From: Phycisphaerae bacterium
GTDB taxonomy: Bacteria; Planctomycetota; Phycisphaerae; UBA1845; PWPN01
DNA length: 24,000 nt
Assembly (NCBI GenBank): GCA_030372985.1
Contig: JAUCQB010000201.1
Span: 1 to 24,000, forward strand
Direction of reading: 5' to 3'
In this document: positions 7,455 through 15,859 of the stretch, piece after piece
Layout: every line of letters begins with the position of its first letter
Numbering within the stretch: position 1 is the first letter of the stretch
The notes under the pieces: model-generated
What the model saw: only the letters and a program-made list of their open reading frames with translations
Told to the model about the DNA's origin: nothing
Database searches by the model: none
Translations under genes and position numbers: made by a program

Positions 7455-8678
7455 ATGCCCGCTGATGTCCTGGTAACCGGAATCGGAATCGTCTCACCTG
7501 CTGGAATCAGTCGTGAGCAGACATGGCGTACGCTGTTGGCCGATGGCAGGGCGGTTCATCGTCTGGAAGGGGGGTTCGGTCCGGGATTCGGACCGCTCTG
7601 CGCAGCGACGGTCGACGGCTTCAGCCCACCCGCAGGAACCGAGCATCTTAGCCGGGTCTCCCAACTGGCCGTGGCCGCCGCAGAAGAAGCCCTCATATCA
7701 GCAAGACTGGCGACCCAATCGGAAGGTGTGCGGATCGCGGCCTCCATCGGTACAAGCAAGCCTCTCGTAGATCTGCTCCTGCCGGGTCCCTGCGGTGTCG
7801 ACCAGGATGGCACGCTTCGCACCCGGCCGCCCTGCGGATGGTTCGATTTCCTGCCGGATGCTCCCGCTCGCACGATCTGCGCCCGCTTTGGACTTGCCCC
7901 TGCACATTCAACCGTGTGTGCCTGCTCAACAGGCCTGCACGCCATCATTCACGGCGCGGAAACGATTCAGAATGGCGAGGCCGACATCGTCCTGGCGGGT
8001 AGCGCCGACTCTTCGCTGTCGCCGCTGTGGCTGGCTGCCTATCGAAACATGGGCGTGCTGGCCCAGGAACATCCAGAACTGGGACCTGCCTGGGCTTGCC
8101 GGCCCTTTGACCGACATCGCAGCGGATTCGTCGTCGGCGAGGGCGCAGCCCTGGTGATTCTGGAGTCCCGCGATTCGGCCTCCCGGCGGGGCGTCTCACC
8201 TTGGGCGCGCATCCAGGGTTGGGCGATCGGCAGCGACCCCGCGGGCCTGGCCCAGGTTTCTGAGAATGGAACCCCCCTGGCCGAGGTCGTCCGATCCGCC
8301 CTCAACCATGGATCTGTCAGATCCCAGGATATCTCCTGCCTCTACGCCCACGGGACAGCCACGCCACAGAATGACCTTGCCGAGATGAACTGTTTTCGCC
8401 AGGTCTTCGGACGACACTTGACCTCCCTGCCAGTGGTCTCAACCAAGGGCGCCATCGGCCACCTCATGGGCGCCGCCGGGGCCGTCGAGACCGCGTTGGC
8501 CGTCCTGGCCGGCCAGAGCCGCAGAAGTCCCGGCACGGCCACACTCGTCGAGCCGGACCCCGAATTCGCCGGCCTCCGCCTGCCCGCCAGAACGTTCGAC
8601 CTTGCAGCAGGGGCGATCCTGAAGACCTCCTTGGGCTTCGGCGGCCACTTGGCGGCCATCGTGGTCAAAAGGCCATAA
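7455..8678 (+). CDS. Beta-ketoacyl-ACP synthase II-like (FabF-family) ketosynthase
   Basis: VTGIGIVSPAG; active-site Cys in VCACSTGLHAI; His in LYAHGTATPQND; His in STKGAIGHLMGAAG; C-terminal LKTSLGFGGHLAAIVVKR. Confidence 0.87.
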   Translation: MPADVLVTGIGIVSPAGISREQTWRTLLADGRAVHRLEGGFGPGFGPLCAATVDGFSPPAGTEHLSRVSQLAVAAAEEALISARLATQSEGVRIAASIGTSKPLVDLLLPGPCGVDQDGTLRTRPPCGWFDFLPDAPARTICARFGLAPAHSTVCACSTGLHAIIHGAETIQNGEADIVLAGSADSSLSPLWLAAYRNMGVLAQEHPELGPAWACRPFDRHRSGFVVGEGAALVILESRDSASRRGVSPWARIQGWAIGSDPAGLAQVSENGTPLAEVVRSALNHGSVRSQDISCLYAHGTATPQNDLAEMNCFRQVFGRHLTSLPVVSTKGAIGHLMGAAGAVETALAVLAGQSRRSPGTATLVEPDPEFAGLRLPARTFDLAAGAILKTSLGFGGHLAAIVVKRP

Positions 8679-8898
8679 AATGACCAAAAACCGCTGATTT
8701 CACGCCGTTTCGTGTTATCCAGCCCCCCCACCGCTCAACGCAACATAACCTGCCTTATCGGACGTTATGGCGGGGCGGCAAAGCCCACGGCGGCTCGCCC
8801 AAGCGGCCTACTCCTCCGCCGCTCCATCGAGCCTGCGAAGGCATGTCGCGGCCGTCATCCTGGACTCTGCCTGCTGCCGACCCGGCTTGTTGATGAGG

Positions 8899-10323
8899 TC
8901 AACGATTGGGCTCCAGGCACGGCCGGAGTCGCTTATCGTCGAAGAAGGCTTGGATGCCGCCAGGTTTACGCAGGTCGTCGAATGTGTACACCTTGCCGGC
9001 CAGCGGCTCAGGCTGCAGGCTGCGGCGAGCGAACAGGCCGAGAACAATCTCCATCATCCTGGTGTTGCAGCCGCTGGTGCCGACGATGCCGGCGTTGCCG
9101 TAGTGCCAGACGCCGCTTTCAAGGGTGCACGGGCCGCGGGTGCCGGCAAAGGCCAGGATCCGGCCGCCGGTAGGCACGAGCAGAACGTGGCAATCGGCAA
9201 CGGTGGGCGGCCCGCCGGCCGCGAGGATCACGTCGTCAAAACCTTGGAACGGCTTGCCGAAGCGAGTCTGGCAGGATGGGGCGTATTGTGCGGCCACGGC
9301 TTCGCGCATCCGGTCATTTTTGCAGATGACCGTCTGGATGGGGCGGTCACAGAGGATCGACCGAACCAGGTCAGCCTTGGCCTGGCTGCGAACGATGAAC
9401 ACCACCTCGCGGGCCCTGCCCATGCGAAGAAGCGGATCATCGAGAGTAGCCAGTTGCCCGGCCATCAGGGCCATCGAACCGCTGCCGATGACGCATGCGA
9501 GGCCGCCCTGCCGACAGCCCTTGACCAGGATCGATCCCTGGGCGTCCTGGCCTACCTCGTGCGTGCTTTTCTGGAAGCAATCAAGCAAACAGGCGGTCGG
9601 CTCGGCGAGGGCGGCCGCTTGGGGTGACACCCCCGCCGGAACGCGGATGATGGAGCCGCTGCAGATCATCTCGGGCGTCAGGCGAACGAGGGCCGCGTAG
9701 GCGCCGCCCTGATTCATCGCCAAGTCGGTGATGTTGCCGCCGAGAAGCTGCACGCCGCGAGCTTCAGGCATGCCGGCCGGCGGTGGATCGTAGTACGCAA
9801 CCCGGCTCTGCAGGACACATTTCTCGCCGGGCTGGAAATCGAGGTACTCGTGGCTCAGCTCCACGCCATCCAGGTAGCCGATGCCTCGTTTCAGCTCCCG
9901 AACCCGTGACCCGACGCGCTCGATGGTGACGACCGTCTCGTGCCCGAGAATGCGACCCCAATACAGGCGCATCATCGAAGGCAGAGTCTTCCTCTGATCC
10001 TCCGGCAGGGCGGCAATTTGCCCGGCAAGCTCGCGGTAAAGAGGATCTTTCACATCGGAGCGAGGCTGCCCCCCCATCGCCAGGTCCGCGTAGTCGGTGA
10101 AGGGCACCGGCCCGGCCGGTTCCTTGCATCGAAAGATCCCTTTCAGCTCGTCCAGGAGCGACTCCTCGCACTGATCGGGCCGCCCGTCCCGGAAGATCTT
10201 CACGTCGGTACCGCATCGGTGAACCCGGTCCACGCGGGCGATGATATCCTGGTCCGTGCACACAATTGGCCGGTTGTCGATGACCGCCTTGTGCTCTTTG
10301 CCAAAATACACCAGGGAGGTCAT
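8899..10323 (-). CDS. Zinc-type medium-chain alcohol/polyol dehydrogenase family protein
   Basis: Start chosen at MTSLVYFGKEH. Contains HRCGTDVKIFRDG, YWGRILGHETVVTIERVGS, AALAEPTACLLDCFQ and VIGSGSMALMAGQLAT (nucleotide-binding). Confidence 0.75.
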   Translation of the reverse strand: MTSLVYFGKEHKAVIDNRPIVCTDQDIIARVDRVHRCGTDVKIFRDGRPDQCEESLLDELKGIFRCKEPAGPVPFTDYADLAMGGQPRSDVKDPLYRELAGQIAALPEDQRKTLPSMMRLYWGRILGHETVVTIERVGSRVRELKRGIGYLDGVELSHEYLDFQPGEKCVLQSRVAYYDPPPAGMPEARGVQLLGGNITDLAMNQGGAYAALVRLTPEMICSGSIIRVPAGVSPQAAALAEPTACLLDCFQKSTHEVGQDAQGSILVKGCRQGGLACVIGSGSMALMAGQLATLDDPLLRMGRAREVVFIVRSQAKADLVRSILCDRPIQTVICKNDRMREAVAAQYAPSCQTRFGKPFQGFDDVILAAGGPPTVADCHVLLVPTGGRILAFAGTRGPCTLESGVWHYGNAGIVGTSGCNTRMMEIVLGLFARRSLQPEPLAGKVYTFDDLRKPGGIQAFFDDKRLRPCLEPNR

Positions 10324-10410
10324 CGTGGACGACCATTCGATGGGGCGCCCGTCGCGCCGCCCCCCTACCGTCGTTTCCGGCCAATGCGGTGTGAACGCCA
10401 CGATACCCCC

Positions 10411-11439
10411 CTACCCGCCAAGCCTGGCGTATCCCAGAGTCGTCAGCATCTCCTGGCAGACCTCGGCCACGTGCCGCCGGCGGATGTCGTGGAAATACGA
10501 CTCGCTGTTGATCCAAAGGTTCTTGTCCTTCTCAGCGACATCCGCGTGCTTGCGGAGAAGTCCGGCGATCTTGTTGCCGGCTCCAACGGCCATGGCGGTG
10601 TAGAAATTGACCTTCACAATCCCGTCGGCCGGCGTTGTCCCTACCTTGCCGCCCAGGCAGCTCGATCCGTGAAGCGACATGATCGCACCGACCCGGTCCC
10701 GAATCGCCTGGGCCAGGTCCCGCTCATATCGGCGCTCCGCGGCGCCCACTCCCACACTGCGGTGTTCCGTGCCCAGGTTGGGCACGATCAGGTCGACGCC
10801 TGTTTTCTCGACGAATTCCGCCACCTTGTCCGGCTTGGAGAGCTGGTCCTCGCGTGAAAGCTTGAGCCGCATGATGTCCTTCGGGTCGTAGATCTTGTCC
10901 GAGGCCCCTTCGATCACCACCCGGCTGCCGAATTTCCGAACATAGTCGCGGACATGGCGGATGTTCTCGTCGTAGTCATACTTGCTGGCGTCGTACATGA
11001 TCATGGACATGCGATCGACCACACGAGGATCGTGCAGCAAGGCCAGATCGTCCTTGTCCGGCACCCACCCATGGTCGATGAACGGCATCACCCGCACGGC
11101 CGGGCACGTGTCCAACAGGTCCTCATAGACCCCCAGTGTCCGCAGCCAGATCTCGCAGCCCTCGCGGACGTTTCCACCGGCCAGACCGGAGACGTTCTCG
11201 GCAATGCGGCAACCTAACGAGACCTTCCGGAACTGCGGGTTGTCCGCGTACATCGAGGTCATGCCGACGGCGATCGGGAGGTCGGCAATCCTGTGGGTCT
11301 CCGCGAACGTTTGTGCCCCGATCAGCAGCCCTTCGATCTCAGCGGGCTGCTCGCCGTTCGGGGCAAACAAGGCCACTTCCGCCTTGCGGCAGCGGTCCAG
11401 GATGGCCAGGGTTTCTGAGCGGTCGGTAACCAGTCGCAC
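10411..11439 (-). CDS. Class II (Zn-dependent) fructose/tagatose-bisphosphate aldolase-like protein, divergent
   Basis: VRVMPFIDHGWVPD, NLGTEHRSVGVG, IMSLHGSSCLGGKVG and GIVKVNFYTAMAVG correspond to the class II aldolase metal-ligand and phosphate-site motifs. Confidence 0.75.
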   Translation of the reverse strand: MRLVTDRSETLAILDRCRKAEVALFAPNGEQPAEIEGLLIGAQTFAETHRIADLPIAVGMTSMYADNPQFRKVSLGCRIAENVSGLAGGNVREGCEIWLRTLGVYEDLLDTCPAVRVMPFIDHGWVPDKDDLALLHDPRVVDRMSMIMYDASKYDYDENIRHVRDYVRKFGSRVVIEGASDKIYDPKDIMRLKLSREDQLSKPDKVAEFVEKTGVDLIVPNLGTEHRSVGVGAAERRYERDLAQAIRDRVGAIMSLHGSSCLGGKVGTTPADGIVKVNFYTAMAVGAGNKIAGLLRKHADVAEKDKNLWINSESYFHDIRRRHVAEVCQEMLTTLGYARLGG

Positions 11440-11515
11440 GGTTCATTCTCCAGAGCCGGGAACAATGGAAGGCAACGATTATAGAGAAACAGGCCGGCGA
11501 GCCAAGCAGCGGACA

Positions 11516-11836
11516 TCAATCGTCCGCCTCGGGCAGATATCGATACAGGAGTGCAACGCGACCCGTCCTCTGGACAAGATGACAGGGAACGGAGACGGCC
11601 AGGGCGGTGGCCATTTGTTGCGCGTCGTCCCGATCGTCGACATCGATTCGCACCTTGAGTAAATCGGCGTGCTCGAAACACTGCCGGATATGAGCTGCAA
11701 ACGCCTCAGTGAGGCCTTCACGCCCCAATGTCAACCGGGCCTTCAGCTTGTGGCCGCGGACCAACAGCCCGCGACGAACCTGAGGCGTTGGCGCCGGGCC
11801 CGGGTCGGAACCAGAGGATTCGATTGCCGAAGTCAT
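11516..11836 (-). CDS. CRM/YhbY-type RNA-binding protein
   Basis: From MTSAIESSG: KLKARLTLGREGLTEAFAAHIRQCFEHADLLKVRIDVDDRDDAQQMATALAVSVPCHLVQRTGRVALLYRY matches the YhbY layout (K-x-GKxGLT, H-E-L-I-K-V, vxxxGrvlvLYR). Confidence 0.75.
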   Translation of the reverse strand: MTSAIESSGSDPGPAPTPQVRRGLLVRGHKLKARLTLGREGLTEAFAAHIRQCFEHADLLKVRIDVDDRDDAQQMATALAVSVPCHLVQRTGRVALLYRYLPEADD

Positions 11837-12069
11837 GATCCCACGATACAGCCTCGCGTCGCGGACGACAACATGACGGCGGCCGGCAGAAAGCATATCG
11901 GGGCGCGACCGCCCCAGCGGACGGCGAAACCCGGGACCGGCTCGTCGATCAGGCTCTCGCCGGGAGGGCAGCCGCCCGGGAAGCCTCGACCGACGGACCG
12001 GGCCGATCATCGGTCCTTGTGTCGGCTGCCTGATACGTCGCCCGCCAACCTGCGGCATCCGACATCCTG

Positions 12070-12098
12070 TTGCCTGGCACACGATTCACGCATAAAAT
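12070..12098 (+). promoter_or_regulatory. Candidate promoter TTGCCT-N17-TAAAAT upstream of frr
   Basis: Hexamers at 12070..12075 and 12093..12098 with 17-bp spacing, about 50 bp before the frr ATG. Confidence 0.45.
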
Positions 12099-12149
12099 GG
12101 CGGCTCGCAAAACACGTTGGAGACTGTTGAGACTCTGGAGCAATGACAC

Positions 12150-12716
12150 ATGCCGGTGGACGAGATCGAATTTGAGTGTGAAGAGTCAATGGAGAAGGCG
12201 GTTGAGTTCCTTCGTCAGGAGCTCAGGACAGTGCGGACGGGGCGGGCTTCTCCGGGTCTGGTGGAACACCTCAAGGTCACTGTGGAGTCCTATGGTTCAA
12301 CGATGGAACTGCGCGAACTGGCGAGCATCTCCGTCCCCGAGAACAACCAGTTGCTTCTCAAGCCTTTCGATCCGGGCACGCTCAAGGATATCGAACGAGC
12401 GATACGCGGCTCCGAACTGGGCATCACCCCGATGAGCGACGGCAAGATCATCCGCCTGCCCGTGCCCCCGCTTTCGGGGGAACGGCGGCAACAACTGCTG
12501 ACACAGGTTCGCAAGCTGGGCGAGGCGCAGAAGGTTGCCATCCGTAACGTTCGCAGGGACGGCAACAAGAACCTCGATGCGGAGGAGAAGAGTAAGGTGA
12601 TATCCGAGGACGATGCCGAGGCCTCCAAGGAGCGAATCCAGGAGTTGACCAAGAAGTATGAATTGCAGGTCGACGCCCTCGTTGCCGCCAAGGCCAAAGA
12701 GATCGAACAAGGCTGA
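12150..12716 (+). CDS. frr: Ribosome recycling factor
   Basis: MEKAVEFLRQELRTVRTGRASPGLVEHLKVTVESYGSTMELRELASISVPENNQLLLKPFDPGTLKDIERAI...SDGKIIRLPVPPLSGERRQQL. Confidence 0.97.
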   Translation: MPVDEIEFECEESMEKAVEFLRQELRTVRTGRASPGLVEHLKVTVESYGSTMELRELASISVPENNQLLLKPFDPGTLKDIERAIRGSELGITPMSDGKIIRLPVPPLSGERRQQLLTQVRKLGEAQKVAIRNVRRDGNKNLDAEEKSKVISEDDAEASKERIQELTKKYELQVDALVAAKAKEIEQG

Positions 12717-12763
12717 GCCCGCCGGCGGGCCTCCATCGACAGCAACCCGACGATGGCCATACC

Positions 12764-14236
12764 ATGCCAAGGATGGTGCGAGCACGTTTTGAGGATCCCG
12801 AATCCAGCCTGCCGCCCGGCAAGGCACAGCAGCCGGGCGATGCTTCGTCTCTTCCGGCGCCCCTGCTTCAGCACCCTGCCGTGGGCGGGAGCATCGTACT
12901 GGTCGCGGCCGCCGGTATGCAGATGGTCGTATGGCTTGTGGGGCTGCGTCTGCCGACACCTCGACCAGTGCCTCCCTCCAGCCTCGTCGCCCACGGCTTG
13001 CTGTACGACCTGATCGGTGAAGCCCTCGCAGGCCACGGCATGGAGGCCACGGAGGTCACCTCGATTCTCTTTGTCGCTAACCTGCTGCTGGCCATGCTCT
13101 CGGGGATTGCCTGGTATGGTATCGGTCGACTGGGGCTCGGACCGAAATGGGGGCTGTGGGTCGGCCTTTTCTGGGTGGTGCATCCATCCTTCTCGTTTCT
13201 GGCGAACCAGGCCGACCAACTCAACGCGATGATCGCCCTTGTCGCCGCGGCGTGGTGCGTCCTGTTGTGGTGGCGACGATCGCGAAGGGCCGGCGCGGCT
13301 GTGCTCCTGGGTCTACTGGCGGCTTTGATCCTGACCATCGGCCCTCAATCGCTCATTTTCCTGGCGATCGCACTTCTGGCGATGCTGTTCTCGACACGGG
13401 GAGCCAACGGCGGCAGAGCTGCCGGTGCGTTTGTTGCTCTGACGGCCTTCCTGGTCGGGACGACGCTTCTCGCTGCGGCCGTCGCGCTGCCGCGATTATC
13501 CAGAGCACTGACGGAAAGCCCCGACAAGAACGAAGTTACTCCATCGCATTCTCAATCTCCCCCGGCATGGCCTCACACCGCCTGCCGGCTTGCGGCAGGC
13601 GTGCCGCAGCCGCAAGACGCTCTCCGACTTCGGATGGTCCTCCGATTCTTCCTGATCCGAGATCGGCTTCTGGACGATCTGACGCGAATCACCGCACGGA
13701 TTGACGCCGATCTTTGGAGCACGCTGGATGACGCCAGCGGCTCACACATCGCCGACGCCGCCGTAATCGCTTCGCCGCTTGGGACCGCATCTCGCCCCCC
13801 CGCCGCGAGATTCCTCATTGAACAGTGCCGGGTGGCTCCCGCTCAAACCCTCGCGTGGCTGGGCGAGCGCATGTGGAAGTCAGTCTACGCCACGAGACAC
13901 CGCCGGGTTCACTACCCGTTCATCCTTCTCCAGTTTCTCTGGTCGATCCCGGCCTTCTGGGGCCTCTGGATCGCTGTCCGGTATCGCCCCTGGCGATGGC
14001 TGGCCCTGACTGGAGGCTTGTTCTCCTGTTGCCAGTGGGTTCTGGTGGCGGTGGCCGATCCGCTCGCCCGGAACCTGGTGCCAGTTGGCGGCTTTGTCGT
14101 GCTGTTCGCCCTGGTGGGGATAACCGATGTTTACGAGCGGTTTTTCGGCCGCCGATTGACCGCTCCCGCTCCGGCATCGCGACCAGCCAGACTGAAGCGT
14201 ATTCAGCGGAATCTCAATGGCGGTACCGGCGACTAG
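12764..14236 (+). CDS. Polytopic membrane protein, possibly GT-C/ArnT-like glycosyltransferase (family assignment weak)
   Basis: 490-aa ORF with multiple hydrophobic segments (GLWVGLFWVVHPSFSFLANQADQLNAMIALVAAAW, AAVLLGLLAALILTIGPQSLIFLAIALLAMLF, and others). Confidence 0.65.
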   Translation: MPRMVRARFEDPESSLPPGKAQQPGDASSLPAPLLQHPAVGGSIVLVAAAGMQMVVWLVGLRLPTPRPVPPSSLVAHGLLYDLIGEALAGHGMEATEVTSILFVANLLLAMLSGIAWYGIGRLGLGPKWGLWVGLFWVVHPSFSFLANQADQLNAMIALVAAAWCVLLWWRRSRRAGAAVLLGLLAALILTIGPQSLIFLAIALLAMLFSTRGANGGRAAGAFVALTAFLVGTTLLAAAVALPRLSRALTESPDKNEVTPSHSQSPPAWPHTACRLAAGVPQPQDALRLRMVLRFFLIRDRLLDDLTRITARIDADLWSTLDDASGSHIADAAVIASPLGTASRPPAARFLIEQCRVAPAQTLAWLGERMWKSVYATRHRRVHYPFILLQFLWSIPAFWGLWIAVRYRPWRWLALTGGLFSCCQWVLVAVADPLARNLVPVGGFVVLFALVGITDVYERFFGRRLTAPAPASRPARLKRIQRNLNGGTGD

Positions 14237-14274
14237 GTGGCCGGGCAGTCAACAAGTGCTGGCGCAAGCCGCTG

Positions 14275-14303
14275 TTGCAGGGGCGGGCGATTCGCCGTAT
14301 AAT
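14275..14303 (+). promoter_or_regulatory. Candidate promoter TTGCAG-N17-TATAAT upstream of the HNH gene
   Basis: TTGCAG at 14275..14280 and TATAAT at 14298..14303, 17-bp spacing. Confidence 0.5.
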
Positions 14304-14468
14304 GCAGACAATCGTTGCATGCAGGGCTGGCCACGGCCGGGTCCCTGCTTTATGGGACTCGGGCCGTAGAAGGAGGGTGTTGCCTTCCCCACGGCGATCT
14401 CAACGAGTGCTGTTCTCGACCCCGCTTCAGGCCTGAGTCATCATGTCCTCATCCTGAACCGCCACTAT

Positions 14469-15041
14469 ATGCCCATTCGGGTGACAACCGCGAAGCGGGC
14501 ATTCTCGCTGCTCTATCGCAATCTGGCCGAAGTGGTTCACGTCGAGGAGGACCAGTATCTCTCCTACGACTTCGAGAGCTGGCGGGAGGTCAGCCAGCTC
14601 AAGCAGCGTTTTGAGCCGGAGCGCCACGATTGGGTGCGAACGGTCCGTTTCAGCCTGGTCGTGCCGCGGATCATTCGGCTCGTGTTCTATGACCGCCTGC
14701 CCCGACGGGGGGTAAAGTTCAACCGCCGCAACATCTTCGCCCGGGACAACAACTGCTGCCAGTATTGCGGCCGGAAGTTCCCGACCACCGAGTTAAGCCT
14801 CGATCACATCATCCCCCGCAGCCAGGGCGGTACCACCAACTGGGAGAACGTCGTCTGCGCCTGTCTCAGGTGCAACATTCAGAAAGGCGGCCGAACCCCC
14901 GAACAGGCCCACCTCAGACTGATCGCCAGACCGGTAAAGCCCCGTCGCAGTCCGGTTCTCAATCTCAAGTTGTCACACGACAAGTATCGCTCCTGGAAGC
15001 AGTTCCTCGACCATGCTTACTGGAATGTCGAGCTGAAGTAA
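14469..15041 (+). CDS. HNH endonuclease family protein (true start probably upstream)
   Basis: NNCCQYCGRKFPTTELSLDHIIPRSQGGTTNWENVVCACLRCNIQKGGRTPEQA: CxxC, DHIIPRSxGG and NxxxxCxxCN. Confidence 0.9.
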   Translation: MPIRVTTAKRAFSLLYRNLAEVVHVEEDQYLSYDFESWREVSQLKQRFEPERHDWVRTVRFSLVVPRIIRLVFYDRLPRRGVKFNRRNIFARDNNCCQYCGRKFPTTELSLDHIIPRSQGGTTNWENVVCACLRCNIQKGGRTPEQAHLRLIARPVKPRRSPVLNLKLSHDKYRSWKQFLDHAYWNVELK

Positions 15042-15045
15042 ACTC

Positions 15046-15831
15046 TCAGGTCGGCCGGCCCCGCAGACCGACAAACAACGCGGTTCGACCGGTCTGCGCC
15101 CCATCGCGACGGTGGCTCCAGAACCGTCGGTCGCAGATGCTGCACAGGCGTGCAACCTCGATGGCGTCACGGGGAACGCCCGCCGCAACCAGTTGGTTTC
15201 GGTTGGCGGTCCACAGGTCAAAGAGAACGCGGCCGCCCTCCTCGACAAAGCATTCTCTCGCGTCGGCCAGCCTGGTCCTGGCAATTCGCCGCACGTGCGG
15301 GCCGACCTCGTAGCAGCATGGTCCGGCAGAGGGTGAAATGGCCGCCCTCATGCGGGCCGGGTCGCTGCCGCAACTCTGGAGCATTTGCCTGACCAGGTTC
15401 TGGGCCGCCCCGGCCACCGTCCCTCGCCAACTGGCATGGACCACCCCGACTGACGGTCGATCCGGGTCGCAGACCACCACCAGCGGACAGTCCGCCGAGA
15501 GAATGATCAGCGGCACGTTCGGCTTATCCGTGATCAACCCGTCGACGAACCGAACCGCGTCTTGCCGGCCATCACGACCGTGACCAATATCATCGCGCTC
15601 CAGCGTCAGAACATCCGCCCCGTGCACTTGCTCGGGCGAGGTCAACGACTCAAACGGCATGCCCAGGATGTCGCACACGCGCCTTCGCCAGTGAACGGCC
15701 TCTTCGCAGCCGGTGCCCTGGTGCGGCGCGTAGTTCTGCGGGCGGGTGGTCACTGCGTGAACCAGCCAGGGTACCGCCTCAAGGCTCTCGAACGAGAGCA
15801 GCGTTACATCGCCGTGCGATCGTTCAATCAT
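15046..15831 (-). CDS. YfiH/YlmD (LACC1-like) polyphenol oxidase / purine nucleoside phosphorylase family protein
   Basis: SPEQVHGADVL, DGLITDKPNVPLIILSADCPLVVVCDP, VGVVHASWRGTVAGAAQNLV, ISPSAGPCCYEVG. Confidence 0.88.
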   Translation of the reverse strand: MIERSHGDVTLLSFESLEAVPWLVHAVTTRPQNYAPHQGTGCEEAVHWRRRVCDILGMPFESLTSPEQVHGADVLTLERDDIGHGRDGRQDAVRFVDGLITDKPNVPLIILSADCPLVVVCDPDRPSVGVVHASWRGTVAGAAQNLVRQMLQSCGSDPARMRAAISPSAGPCCYEVGPHVRRIARTRLADARECFVEEGGRVLFDLWTANRNQLVAAGVPRDAIEVARLCSICDRRFWSHRRDGAQTGRTALFVGLRGRPT

Positions 15832-15859
15832 CTCGGAGACCGTACCCGAAAAACAAGGC

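Noticed and set aside
8679-8898. attC-like or terminator-like element in the gap after the ketosynthase (ACATAAC...GTTATGG)
   Set aside because: The short CATAAC/GTTATG inverted repeat does not fit the integron core-site consensus, and there is no integrase or cassette array. It is too weak to call.
8767-9627. 286-aa plus-strand ORF and neighbouring plus-strand ORFs opposite the MDR dehydrogenase
   Set aside because: Antisense to a motif-supported CDS, low-complexity RA-rich composition, no start context.
14469-15041. HNH endonuclease as part of a restriction or defence system
   Set aside because: There is no methyltransferase, helicase or other defence partner in the neighbourhood. Adjacent genes are metabolic or housekeeping, and this HNH subfamily commonly stands alone.
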